Of a DNA stretch of 43,202 nt, positions 32,871-41,759 are shown in pieces. The notes under the pieces are model-generated. The model was not told the origin of the DNA. It did no database searches and saw only the letters and a list, made by a program, of their open reading frames with translations. The stretch's first letter is position 1. Every line of letters begins with the position of its first letter. A program made the position numbers and the translations under genes. This DNA is from Chloroflexota bacterium. Lineage in GTDB: Bacteria; Chloroflexota; Limnocylindria; Limnocylindrales; Limnocylindraceae. The stretch lies in NCBI GenBank assembly GCA_039804225.1, contig JBDLWN010000005.1, forward strand, positions 1 through 43,202. Reading direction: 5' to 3'.

Positions 32871-34877
32871 CTACTCGAGGTCGCGGCGATACGGAACGTC
32901 AAGGATCACCGTGTTGCGTCGGCCGAGCAGCGTCTCGCGAAGGCGCTTCCCGTTGCCGTTATGCAGGATGCGATCCCACCAGTGTCGACCGGCGTACTCG
33001 GGGATCAACACCACGTTGATGCGGCGCTGCTCTGCTGGCAGATGTGCATCTTCGTCTTCAATCTCGTCAAGGTAGTGGCAGATCGGCTCCACGATGGCGC
33101 GGAATGGAGATTCCACGGTGACGAGGCGAACGCCAGGGAAGAGAGTTTCGAAGCGCTCACGAATCGTCACCTCTTCCGTGGTGTCAAACACGACGCGCAC
33201 CGCGGTCAGCTCACCCGTCGTTCCTTCAAGGATTCGACCGAGCGTAATCGCGCGAACCGTTGAGCGATTGATCTCGCCGAACGGCGCAATAATTCTGCGT
33301 GGGCGATGTGGCGCATCAAACACGAGATCTGGCTTAATGGCCAGCTCGCGTTCGTGCAGGTTGTAGCGTCGCCGCACTAGAGACATAAAGATAGCGACAA
33401 GCGGAACTAAGATAAAGATAATCCAACCACCAACTGCAAACTTTGCAAGCGAGATGATGACGAGAACAATGCCGGTGACTACTGCCCCAACACCATTGAG
33501 CAGTGCTTTTTTCTGCCAATCTGTGCCACGAATATTGCGCCAGTGCACCACCATACCTGTCTGACTGATGGTAAATCCAAGGAAGACGCCGATTGCATAT
33601 GCAGGAATCAAGAGGGTGACGAGTGCGCCAGTTGCGAGAAGGAAGATCACAGCACCCACCGCAATGGTAAGAATTCCGCCGGCGTATGCAAGTCGGTCAC
33701 TTCGTTGCCCAATCTGGCGCGGCAAGAATCCGTCTCGAGCCAAGATTCGTGCAAGCTGCGGTCCGCCGTTAAACCCAGTGTTTGCGGCAAGCAGCAAGAT
33801 ACCAGTCGTTGCGATCTGATAGACCACGTACAAGATTCCGTCGCCAAAGGAGGCTCGAGCAATTTGGGACATTAATGTTTCACCACCCACCTCTTGTGGA
33901 ACCTTGCCGAACGCAAATGCAAGCAGGGAGATCCCGAAGAAGATTGTCGCGAGCAGAACAGACATGATGCTCATCGTGTTTGCCGCATTCTTCGCCTCGG
34001 GCTTCTTGAATGCAGCGACGCCATCCGAGATGGCTTCGGTGCCCGTCAGGGCGACGGAGCCGTAGGCAAACGCCTTAAGCAACAGGAAGGGCAAGATCAG
34101 CTGCATCTCGCTGTGCGGTATGACGGTGACCCCCTCACTCCAATTGACGGCGGGGTCACCTAGTGCAATGCGAATCAGGCCAACCGCGATGACCGCCAAC
34201 GCGCCAAACACAAAGAGGTACGTCGGAATGGCGAACAGTTTTCCTGATTCTCGCAGCCCTCGTAGATTTGCAAGGACCAGAAGTACGAGGGCTCCAATCG
34301 CTAGCTCAACGCGGAGCGGTGAAAGCTCAGGAATCGCTGAGGTGATAGCGGCAACACCAGCCGCGGTGCTGACCGCCGCGGTTAGTACATAGTCAATGAC
34401 GAGGCTTGAGGCGGCAATCAAGGCCGGACCCGTGCCAAGGGTGCTCTTGGCGACTGCGTATGCGCCGCCGCCCTTCGGGAATCCGAAACAGACCTGGCGG
34501 TAGCTCAGCGCGACGACGGCGAGAAGAAGGCCGACAGCCAGCGCGATAACCGGGCCGAATGCGAGATAGGAGGCACCCGCAGAGGCGAGCACGATCAGGA
34601 TCTCTTCGCTCGCATAGGCGCTCGACGAGATTGCGTCAGAGGAGAAGATCGGCAGAGCAAGCGTCTTGCTGAGGCGCTCCTCGCCCTCTTCCGCATTAGA
34701 TATCGGTCGACCGAGGATGAACCGCTTTGCGGCGGTCGTCGCCTTCCCTAGGTCGTGGACTGGAGCGCTACCCGCCGCGGATGCGACTAGGTGGTCCGGC
34801 GAAGGCTCAACAAAGAGCTCCTCGCCGCTGTCGTTGTCGTGCCAGTCGGGCTTCCCCTTCTGATTGTCAGAGGTCAT
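32871..34877 (-). CDS. APC-superfamily amino-acid/polyamine permease with a cytoplasmic C-terminal domain of about 200 aa
   Basis: 668 aa. LPIFSSDAISSSAYASEEIL is followed by about 12 TM helices and then a soluble C-terminal domain (RRIIAPFGEINRSTVRAITLGRIL...VVLIPEY). This architecture is common in actinobacterial APC permeases. Confidence 0.8.
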   Translation of the reverse strand: MTSDNQKGKPDWHDNDSGEELFVEPSPDHLVASAAGSAPVHDLGKATTAAKRFILGRPISNAEEGEERLSKTLALPIFSSDAISSSAYASEEILIVLASAGASYLAFGPVIALAVGLLLAVVALSYRQVCFGFPKGGGAYAVAKSTLGTGPALIAASSLVIDYVLTAAVSTAAGVAAITSAIPELSPLRVELAIGALVLLVLANLRGLRESGKLFAIPTYLFVFGALAVIAVGLIRIALGDPAVNWSEGVTVIPHSEMQLILPFLLLKAFAYGSVALTGTEAISDGVAAFKKPEAKNAANTMSIMSVLLATIFFGISLLAFAFGKVPQEVGGETLMSQIARASFGDGILYVVYQIATTGILLLAANTGFNGGPQLARILARDGFLPRQIGQRSDRLAYAGGILTIAVGAVIFLLATGALVTLLIPAYAIGVFLGFTISQTGMVVHWRNIRGTDWQKKALLNGVGAVVTGIVLVIISLAKFAVGGWIIFILVPLVAIFMSLVRRRYNLHERELAIKPDLVFDAPHRPRRIIAPFGEINRSTVRAITLGRILEGTTGELTAVRVVFDTTEEVTIRERFETLFPGVRLVTVESPFRAIVEPICHYLDEIEDEDAHLPAEQRRINVVLIPEYAGRHWWDRILHNGNGKRLRETLLGRRNTVILDVPYRRDLE

Positions 34878-34933
34878 TGAGGCTCACTGCACCTTTCCCA
34901 ATGGTTTTTTCGTCAATTACGAGTTACCTAATC

Positions 34934-35647
34934 TTATACCCGCGCTCTTTTCCGTTCCGATTCGTGCGGAGTTACCCGCACGAGGAGCGCCCCCGCCAGG
35001 CGCGCGGCGTTCACCGGAGCCACCTCAATCGCGCTCGCACCGATGAAGGAAGAGGCGGAGTCTAGCTCTGCATCCCACTCGTCACTCGCACGCTTCCACG
35101 CGAGCAGTGAGCCAGTTGGCGTGAGAAGCGGTGCGGCCAGTCGAATGAGTTCACCCAAGGGTGCAACAGCGCGCGCCGCGATCACGTCAAAACGCACGCC
35201 ACCGCCGTGCGCGAGATCTTCAGCGCGCGCATGTGCAACGCGCAGTCGCGGTGCGAGTCCGCTTGCCGCGGTGACCGCTTCAAGAAATCGTACCTTCTTG
35301 CCAATCGATTCAATCAGCGTCATTGAAAGGTTGCTGTGGTGTGAAAGCAAGCGCGCCGCCAGCGGTATACCAGGGAACCCACCACCAGATCCAAGGTCGG
35401 CAATCTTTCCGCCGCTTGGAAGGAGCCGCTCAATGTACGGCGCAGCTACCAGCGAATCCAGAAGGTGCCGCGTTGCGCGTTCGCGCGGATCACTGATACG
35501 CGTGAGATTGATTGCCGGGTTCCACGCATCAAGTAGTCGCAGGTGTGCGGTGAAGATCGTGATCTCTGTTTCTGATAGTGCCGGAAGTGAGGCTGCAGAA
35601 AGCTGGCGCGCAAGCTCTTCAAGCGTGTCACGCTCCGTTGGAGGCAA
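34934..35647 (-). CDS. rsmG: 16S rRNA (guanine527-N7)-methyltransferase
   Basis: LLDAWNPAINLTRISDPRERATRHLLDSL..., KIADLGSGGGFPGIPLAA and DVIAARAVAPL are the RsmG/GidB motifs. Confidence 0.88.
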   Translation of the reverse strand: MPPTERDTLEELARQLSAASLPALSETEITIFTAHLRLLDAWNPAINLTRISDPRERATRHLLDSLVAAPYIERLLPSGGKIADLGSGGGFPGIPLAARLLSHHSNLSMTLIESIGKKVRFLEAVTAASGLAPRLRVAHARAEDLAHGGGVRFDVIAARAVAPLGELIRLAAPLLTPTGSLLAWKRASDEWDAELDSASSFIGASAIEVAPVNAARLAGALLVRVTPHESERKRARV

Positions 35648-35700
35648 CGCACTCGGATCAGTGGGAAGCGGTGCGCGTTCGGAAGGCGTCGTATCTGGGC

Positions 35701-36030
35701 TCAGTCGCTCGCTCCACTCTTCGGCGTTGCACTGCGCGCCGGTCGGCCCATGGAGCGACGCACGACATCGAGCACCTCTTCAATGGATTTCTCGGCATCG
35801 CCCTTCTCTGCCGCATCTTTCATGCAGCCGCGGATGTGATCCTCAAGGATCAGGAGGCCGAGAGCATCGACGGCGGCGCGCAGTGCTGCCGTCTGCTGCA
35901 GGATGTCAACGCAGTATTCCTCGCGGTCGACCATGCGCGCAATGCCGCGCACCTGCCCCTCAAGTCGGCGCAACCGATTCAGCAGGACCTTGCGGTCTTT
36001 TGTGTAGCTGTGCCCGATATGCTCTGCCAT
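35701..36030 (-). CDS. csoR: CsoR/RcnR-family (DUF156) metal-sensing repressor with a C-H-C (Cu-type) ligand set
   Basis: LLNRLRRLEGQVRGIARMVDREEYCVDILQQTAALRAAVDALGLLILEDHIRGC shows the family signature, with Cys in YCVDIL and HxxxC in EDHIRGC. Confidence 0.85.
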   Translation of the reverse strand: MAEHIGHSYTKDRKVLLNRLRRLEGQVRGIARMVDREEYCVDILQQTAALRAAVDALGLLILEDHIRGCMKDAAEKGDAEKSIEEVLDVVRRSMGRPARSATPKSGASD

Positions 36031-36045
36031 ACCCCCTGAGAGTAT
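36029..36045. promoter_or_regulatory. Candidate CsoR operator overlapping the csoR start codon
   Basis: ATACCCCCTGAGAGTAT has 6 of 8 arm positions palindromic around a central T. This is the ATAC-C-rich...G-rich-GTAT layout known for CsoR boxes. Its first two bases belong to the csoR ATG on the minus strand. Confidence 0.4.
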
Positions 36046-36122
36046 CTGATCACGCTCCGATGCTACGATTCAGCCGCAGATTGAGAGGCCCCTACCGGGG
36101 CGTCAAGTGGGGAGGAACAACC

Positions 36123-36704
36123 ATGGCGGCGAGCCAGAATCCGCACGACGACATCGAGTCCGTCCTCATTACTGAGGCGGCGATTGACGTGCGCGTGCGC
36201 GAGCTCGGCGCTGAGATCGGTGCCGCGTATGCGGGGAACGACTCGCTCATTCTGGTCAGCGTGTTGAAGGGCTCGATCGTCTTCGTTGCCGATCTCATGC
36301 GTGCCATTCCTGGGAACGTACAGATTGACCTCATGGAGGTTTCGTCGTACGACGGAGGCAAGAGCACCGAGTCGAGTGGAACGGTACGCATCCTGAAGGA
36401 CCTCTCGGGGACCATCGAAGGCCGCGACGTGCTGATCGTTGAAGACATCATCGATACCGGCATCACCTTGAACTACCTCACAAACTACCTCGCAGGAAAG
36501 AACCCGCGTTCCGTAAAGATCGTCACCCTGCTCAGCAAGCCTGCGCGCCGCGTCGTCGAGATCCCCGTGGAGTGGATGGGCTTTGAGATCCCCGACAAGT
36601 TCGTCGTCGGCTACGGGCTCGACTTCGGCGAGCAGTACCGCAACCTCCCCTATGTCGGCATCCTGAAGCCCTCGATGTACACATCGGTCCTCGGGAAGGA
36701 GTAG
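36123..36704 (+). CDS. hpt: Hypoxanthine(-guanine) phosphoribosyltransferase
   Basis: This is the C-terminal 193 codons of ORF 35043..36704. ILVSVLKGSIVFVADLMRAI, DVLIVEDIIDTGITLNYL (PRPP loop) and FVVGYGLDFGEQYRNLPYVG are present. The ATG at 36123 is preceded by GGGGAGG. Confidence 0.92.
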   Translation: MAASQNPHDDIESVLITEAAIDVRVRELGAEIGAAYAGNDSLILVSVLKGSIVFVADLMRAIPGNVQIDLMEVSSYDGGKSTESSGTVRILKDLSGTIEGRDVLIVEDIIDTGITLNYLTNYLAGKNPRSVKIVTLLSKPARRVVEIPVEWMGFEIPDKFVVGYGLDFGEQYRNLPYVGILKPSMYTSVLGKE

Positions 36705-37178
36705 GTGGTGAAGCCAATCGGGCGCATCCAGTCCACGTCGGGGAACCTCTTCCGTCGCAGCAGCGGCCGCCGCTTGAGCGGCATTGGGGCCACAGGTGTG
36801 GTGCTCGGTGCAATCCCTGCGTGGTGGACGCTCGCCGCCCCTGGCGTACCCGCAACCGTGGGGAACGCCTTTGACACCTACGGCGCAGCCGGCTTCTTTG
36901 TCGCCCTCGCCACGCTCTTCCTGCTCATTGCCCCGGACGCTTTCGGCGAGCAGCTTCGGTTTGACTGGTGGCCGGTACATGTCGGGCTCGCAAGCGTTGC
37001 CTCCCTCAGCTTCGTCGCCACCCTTATTGGCGCTGCGGTGACAGCAACGAGCTTCGATCTACCCCTCTCCTCCGTCTTTGGCATTGATCGCGCCCCTGGC
37101 CTCTGGATTACGCTGGTCGCACTGGGAGTTTGGATCTCGGGCGTTGCGCAGATCGTTGACGCGCGAGACGACCGCTAA
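36705..37178 (+). CDS. Hypothetical membrane protein (about 4 TM)
   Basis: The GTG follows the hpt stop directly. Hydrophobic segments include GATGVVLGAIPAWWTLAA, AAGFFVALATLFLLIA, LASVASLSFVATLIGAAV and LWITLVALGVWISGVAQI. I did not recognise any family motif. Confidence 0.5.
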   Translation: MVKPIGRIQSTSGNLFRRSSGRRLSGIGATGVVLGAIPAWWTLAAPGVPATVGNAFDTYGAAGFFVALATLFLLIAPDAFGEQLRFDWWPVHVGLASVASLSFVATLIGAAVTATSFDLPLSSVFGIDRAPGLWITLVALGVWISGVAQIVDARDDR

Positions 37179-37338
37179 GCGCGAATCGTGCTCAAAAGGG
37201 GGCATCTCGCCGCTACCTGCTAGGGTGTGCAGGTGCAGCCGTGCGCTCCGACGCGCGGGCAAGAGGCCGATACCGGCCCAGCCCCGTCGTAGCAGCGCAC
37301 GCCACGTTATCTACTAAAGAAACCAGAGGTACAAAGTA

Positions 37339-38739
37339 ATGTCACGTAATGTCGCAATTTTCGTAGACGTCGCAAACGTCTTTTATGCAGCAAAGGCTGC
37401 GGGCGTAGACATCGATTACGTCACGCTCCTCAAGACCCTTACGGCAAACCGCGATCTGGTTCGCGCCTATGCGTACACCGGTCTTGATCCAGACAATGAG
37501 AACCAGAAGGCCTTCCACAACTTCCTCGCGCGCAACAACTACAAGGTTGTCAGCAAGGATGTTCGCAAGTATGGCGACGGTCGCTTCAAGGCGAACCTCG
37601 ATATTGAGCTCGTTGTTGATCTCGTTCGCCTCGCACCAAAGCTCGACATCGCAGTCGTGATTTCCGGCGACGGAGACTTTGCACCAGCGATTCGTGCGGT
37701 GCAAGACATGGGTGTGCGCGTAGAAGTGGTGAGCTTCCGTGCAAACACCAGCAGCGATCTCGTTGATGTTGCTGACCAGTTCATTGAGATCACCAACATC
37801 GCCAAGGTGGAGGCCGGCGCCCGCAGCGGTCGCCGTGTTGCCGCCGACGGCGAAGAAGATCTCTCTATGACCGAGGTTCCCGATAAACAGTCCGAAGCAC
37901 CAGCACGACCACGCCGCGTTGGCGCAGCACCTGAACGCGAACGAGTTCGCGGCGGGCGCACCACACGCACCGCAGCACCGCGCAGCGGCGCGCCAGTACG
38001 TCGCTCTTCAGCAATTCGCGTTGGCGACACGATGATTGATGCTGATTCCATTGAGACACTGACGCTTGATGATCTCGGCCCAGACGATCTCGCCGCAGGC
38101 GCTGAGCCATCACCACACAGCCACGAAGGTGTCACCCCATTCGGCGAGGACGGCCCGCGTCGTCGTCGCCGACGCGGCGGTCGCGGACGTCGTGGTCGTG
38201 GTGGAGTAGGTGGAGTAGGCGGCGATTCGCTCGACGGCATTGAGACGATGACGCTTGACGACGCCGATGACGGCGCGCCAGGCGGCGTGCCTGAATATCT
38301 CGCCACCGAGCGACGCGACGCAACCGGTCGAGGACCAGTGCGCGCTGCACGCCAACAGCTCGGCTCTGGCCCATCTCGTATCGCCGACGAGGTTGCTCGC
38401 TCCCATAAGGACGAGACTATTCGCTCAAGCGCGAGCTTCAACGATACCGATGACGGCATCAGCGACGTCTCACCAGATGTGGCCGCACTCCTGAAGTCAC
38501 AACTACAGGCAACTGGGCGATCGGCGAGCGAGTCAGCCGCATTCACCGGCAAGGAGGCGCCAGTGAGCGGCAAGGGTCGAACACGTGGCGGCCGACCTGC
38601 ACCGAAGGGTGCGGCGAAGCCTACAGCCAAGCCATCTGCGAAGCCTGCAGCACGCGGAGCCGCCAAGCCCGCCGCAAAGGTTGCACTCGTAAAGAAGAGC
38701 ACTACGCGGCCAAAGGCTAAGGGGAGCAAGGGAGCCTAA
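37339..38739 (+). CDS. NYN/LabA-like (PIN-fold) putative RNase domain fused to a disordered tail of about 300 aa with an RGG box and a Lys/Ala/Pro histone-H1-like C-terminus
   Basis: aa 1-155 read VAIFVDVANVFYAAK...VRAYAYTG...LDIELVVDLV...DIAVVISGDGDFAPAIRAVQDMGVRVEVVSF, the NYN/LabA acidic-residue pattern. The tail contains RRRRRGGRGRRGRGGVGGVGG and ends ...KGAAKPTAKPSAKPAARGAAKPAAKVALVKKSTTRPKAKGSKGA. Confidence 0.8.
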   Translation: MSRNVAIFVDVANVFYAAKAAGVDIDYVTLLKTLTANRDLVRAYAYTGLDPDNENQKAFHNFLARNNYKVVSKDVRKYGDGRFKANLDIELVVDLVRLAPKLDIAVVISGDGDFAPAIRAVQDMGVRVEVVSFRANTSSDLVDVADQFIEITNIAKVEAGARSGRRVAADGEEDLSMTEVPDKQSEAPARPRRVGAAPERERVRGGRTTRTAAPRSGAPVRRSSAIRVGDTMIDADSIETLTLDDLGPDDLAAGAEPSPHSHEGVTPFGEDGPRRRRRRGGRGRRGRGGVGGVGGDSLDGIETMTLDDADDGAPGGVPEYLATERRDATGRGPVRAARQQLGSGPSRIADEVARSHKDETIRSSASFNDTDDGISDVSPDVAALLKSQLQATGRSASESAAFTGKEAPVSGKGRTRGGRPAPKGAAKPTAKPSAKPAARGAAKPAAKVALVKKSTTRPKAKGSKGA

Positions 38740-38743
38740 CGAG

Positions 38744-39928
38744 ATGGCGCGGGCGGTCTCAACGCCGCCTGACGCCGCTCACCCTGCGCGTCGCCCCGCG
38801 CGCTTTGTGACCCGGGGTCATGACGCCGCTGCGGCACATCTCGCGGCGCTCCTCACCGGCGTGCCACCGCACGCCCTGCTGATTGTTGGACCACGTGGCG
38901 CGGGCGCAGGCACGCTCGCGCGAGACGCCGTCGCCACGCTCATGTGCGGCGCTCCGGTCGACGGTGGGCCCTGTGGCGCGTGTCGCTCATGCCGCCTGAT
39001 CGCCTCAGGGAGCCATACCGACCTCGTCGTCATCTCTCCAACCGGAGCTTCAGATGAGATCGGCATCGAGCCGATCCGGGCGCTCGCCGCAGGCCTCGCC
39101 CTCTTCTCTGTTGAAGGGGGTCGCCGCATTGCGCTCATCGAGCGCGCCGACCGCATGAACGAGGCGGCGCAGAACGCGCTCCTTAAAACACTCGAAGAGC
39201 CGCCATCCCGCACTCACGTGATCTTGGCGGCCGCTGAGGACTCACGACTCATGCCAACGATTCGCAGCCGCTGTGCAGTGATTCGTCTTGGGCTCCCAGA
39301 TGCAAAACAGGCGAGCGAGCTTCTCGGAGAGCGACTCGGCGTAGACGCGCCTACTGCCGTACGACTGCTTCGCATGTCATCGGGTCGTCCTGGCCCGCTC
39401 ATCGACGCCGAAGTAACTGGTGATGCCGCACGCGCCCACGCACAGATTCGCCGCCAGATCCTTGACTTTGCCGCAACGCAACCGCATGCACGACTCGGGC
39501 AGCTCAGCGCGCTCGTAGCCGACGCGCGCGCCATTCTCGTTGCTGGTGACGACGACGCCGCCGCTGATGTCACTGAGAGTGATGACAGCAGCGATGATGC
39601 GCCAGTAGTTGATGCGGAACCGAGGAAGAAGAGCCCAGCGAAGCGCAGTGCTAAACCGACACCAGCAGAGCGTCGCGCCGCTGCAACTGCACTCTTACGA
39701 CTTTGGCGCGGCGTCGCTCGCGATCTTGCACTCGTGAGTACCGGTGCCGTTGACCAGATCGCATTCCCAGAAGATCGCGCCGAGATTGAGGCTGTTGCCT
39801 TCAAGCTCCCACCAGCAACATGGGGAGTGGCCCTGCGCGACATTGACAAGAAGTTGAGCGCGTTACGCCGCAATGGAAACCCGGAACTGCTCCTTGATGC
39901 CGCAGCGCTGAGCTGGCCGACGATATGA
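38744..39928 (+). CDS. holB: DNA polymerase III subunit delta' (clamp-loader AAA+-like)
   Basis: HALLIVGPRGAGAGTLA, the zinc-module CGACRSCRLIASGSHTDL, MNEAAQNALLKTLEEPP and MPTIRSRC are present (SRC motif). Walker A lacks the Lys, as is common for delta'. Confidence 0.85.
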   Translation: MARAVSTPPDAAHPARRPARFVTRGHDAAAAHLAALLTGVPPHALLIVGPRGAGAGTLARDAVATLMCGAPVDGGPCGACRSCRLIASGSHTDLVVISPTGASDEIGIEPIRALAAGLALFSVEGGRRIALIERADRMNEAAQNALLKTLEEPPSRTHVILAAAEDSRLMPTIRSRCAVIRLGLPDAKQASELLGERLGVDAPTAVRLLRMSSGRPGPLIDAEVTGDAARAHAQIRRQILDFAATQPHARLGQLSALVADARAILVAGDDDAAADVTESDDSSDDAPVVDAEPRKKSPAKRSAKPTPAERRAAATALLRLWRGVARDLALVSTGAVDQIAFPEDRAEIEAVAFKLPPATWGVALRDIDKKLSALRRNGNPELLLDAAALSWPTI

Positions 39929-40962
39929 GCGACACCGCACTCACGCAGCAACGAGATCTGTTCGAGCGACTCGTGAGACTCGGTGAAGAGGTGACAGACG
40001 CGCTCGATCACACGAACGTCGTCTCAACGCTGGGCGAAGAGGAATTGAACCGGGCAATCACTGCAATCGGTGATCGCGCACTACCAGATGCAGCAACCAG
40101 TGCACTGACATCACTCGTCGCAAGCGTTGAGCGTGTGCTCGCCGCAAACGACCCACATCGCGCGATTGATTGGATCGGAATGCAGCCACGCCTTGCGCTG
40201 ACACTCCTTGCCGCAACGATGAACCCTGCCAGCTTGCCGAAGGATGTCATTCCACCAAGTAGCGGCACAACCGTTGCTGCGCGGATCCCTGCGGGGATCT
40301 CGTTTAGCGACGCACCGCGCGACGGGCGAGCTGTGGTCTATTCCGGCATCCAAGCTGATCCGATCTTGCGACCACTCGCGGTTGCGATTGCCAACGCCAC
40401 ACCGGCAGAGCGACTTATTGCTCGAGCGGTGATGAACGATCCTGAACCGACGGCGACGGAGGCTGCAGCGCTCTTTGCAGCTCTCCCGTCACATCGCACT
40501 ACCACCGACCCGTTGGTGGTTGGCGCACTGGCTATTGGTGGAAAGGCGCAAGCCTCCAATGCGCAGTACCGCGGAGCAGTGGTAGAGGCGACCACCGCGG
40601 AGATGCTGCGTCGTCGCCCAGTGCTCGCAAACGATGCCGAACGGCTGGTGCGGCGCGAGCGCCGCTTTGCGATTGATGGTGTCTCCGCCGATCCACACCC
40701 GTTCGACGTCACCGTCGAGGCTGGCCCCGTTCCAGAGCTCTGGGACTGCAAGTGGGGCGCGCGCGGGATTGACGCGAGCCTCCTCGCCGAACTTGAGGAT
40801 GCGCGCATTCGCGCCGCTGGGAGCAGCGCACGGATCGCCATTGGTGTGGTGGCATTTGATACCGCCGCCGTCGTTGCCGCGCGCCTGACCATCGTGCGTG
40901 CTCCGCGCGAGAAGACCCGCTTTATCACCCTCGAAACCCTCGGTCGGCTGGCGGCAGGATGA
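39925..40962 (+). CDS. Hypothetical protein, with a possible PD-(D/E)xK nuclease-fold C-terminal region
   Basis: 345 aa with ATGA overlaps to holB upstream and the thioesterase downstream. The composition is balanced and looks coding. The C-terminal block HPFDVTVEAGPVPELWDCKWGARGIDASLLAEL resembles the D...(D/E)xK core seen in DUF4143-type/endonuclease-like domains. Confidence 0.5.
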   Translation: MSDTALTQQRDLFERLVRLGEEVTDALDHTNVVSTLGEEELNRAITAIGDRALPDAATSALTSLVASVERVLAANDPHRAIDWIGMQPRLALTLLAATMNPASLPKDVIPPSSGTTVAARIPAGISFSDAPRDGRAVVYSGIQADPILRPLAVAIANATPAERLIARAVMNDPEPTATEAAALFAALPSHRTTTDPLVVGALAIGGKAQASNAQYRGAVVEATTAEMLRRRPVLANDAERLVRRERRFAIDGVSADPHPFDVTVEAGPVPELWDCKWGARGIDASLLAELEDARIRAAGSSARIAIGVVAFDTAAVVAARLTIVRAPREKTRFITLETLGRLAAG

Positions 40963-41750
40963 GCTTGAACGAGCGACTCGCCCCTGGCCTTGCCCCCGAC
41001 GAGGCACGCCTCCCGGAGCACGCCCGCTACCGCGACGAGGGTCGCTCCGTGCGCTTTGATGAGTGCAACCGCTCTGGCACGATGCGCGCCGCCGCAGTGC
41101 TCCGCCATGCGCAGGACCTCGCCTGGCAGCACAGCGAGACGCTCGAGTACGGACGCGCCTGGTACGAGTCGCGCGGTGTCGGCTGGGTCGTGCGCAGCGT
41201 TGACCTACTCATTGACCAACCGCCTCGCTCCAATGAGGCGATGACGGGCACCACCGCCCTGGTTGGCTTCCGCCACGTCATGGCTCGACGCCGCACGCGC
41301 CTCTTCGGTCGCACCGGTCGCGTCATTGCTGACGCCACCATTGATTGGGTCATGACCGACCAGAACGGACGACCGGTCCGCTTCCCCATTGAATTCGAAC
41401 CATTTGTCGCCGAGGTCGGCGCCAGCTTCACCCCCGAGAAGATTCCCGTAGAACCAACTGGCGATACAGCAGGCGTCACCGTCACCGTGCCACTTCGCGT
41501 CGCCGACTTTGATCCGCTCGGCCATGTGAACAATGCCGCCTGGCTCGAGATCGCTGAAGAGGCACTCAGCGCAGTCGCACCAGCTCAGCTGGGCGCCACG
41601 CGCCGTCGGATCCGACTGGAGTACCTAGGCCTCACCACTGGTGCCGCCGTGCGGTGCAGCGTTCGTTCCGTTGCCAACGAGGCCCGCGTTGACATTCTTG
41701 ATGCAGGGGGCACTGCGCTTGTGCGCGCACTCTTTAACGTCGTCGCGTAA
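40959..41750 (+). CDS. Acyl-ACP thioesterase-like double hot-dog fold protein
   Basis: VRFDECNRSGTMRAAAVLRHAQDLAWQHSE...GVGWVVRSV forms the first hot-dog. VPLRVADFDPLGHVNNAAWLEIAEEAL forms the second (D.D..GHVNN..Y motif). Confidence 0.7.
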   Translation: MSLNERLAPGLAPDEARLPEHARYRDEGRSVRFDECNRSGTMRAAAVLRHAQDLAWQHSETLEYGRAWYESRGVGWVVRSVDLLIDQPPRSNEAMTGTTALVGFRHVMARRRTRLFGRTGRVIADATIDWVMTDQNGRPVRFPIEFEPFVAEVGASFTPEKIPVEPTGDTAGVTVTVPLRVADFDPLGHVNNAAWLEIAEEALSAVAPAQLGATRRRIRLEYLGLTTGAAVRCSVRSVANEARVDILDAGGTALVRALFNVVA

Positions 41751-41759
41751 TCTAATCTG

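Noticed and set aside
35043-36122. The first ~360 codons of the 553-aa plus-strand ORF 35043..36704
   Set aside because: It is Ala/Arg/Ser-rich and runs antisense to the well-supported rsmG and csoR genes, a typical high-GC shadow frame. Only the last 193 codons (hpt, from the ATG at 36123 with a GGGGAGG Shine-Dalgarno) have recognisable motifs.
37539-38729. 396-aa minus-strand ORF antisense to the NYN-domain gene
   Set aside because: Its composition is extreme (Arg/Ala/Ser/Pro), it has no motifs, and it mirrors the low-complexity tail of the plus-strand gene. I treat it as a shadow ORF.
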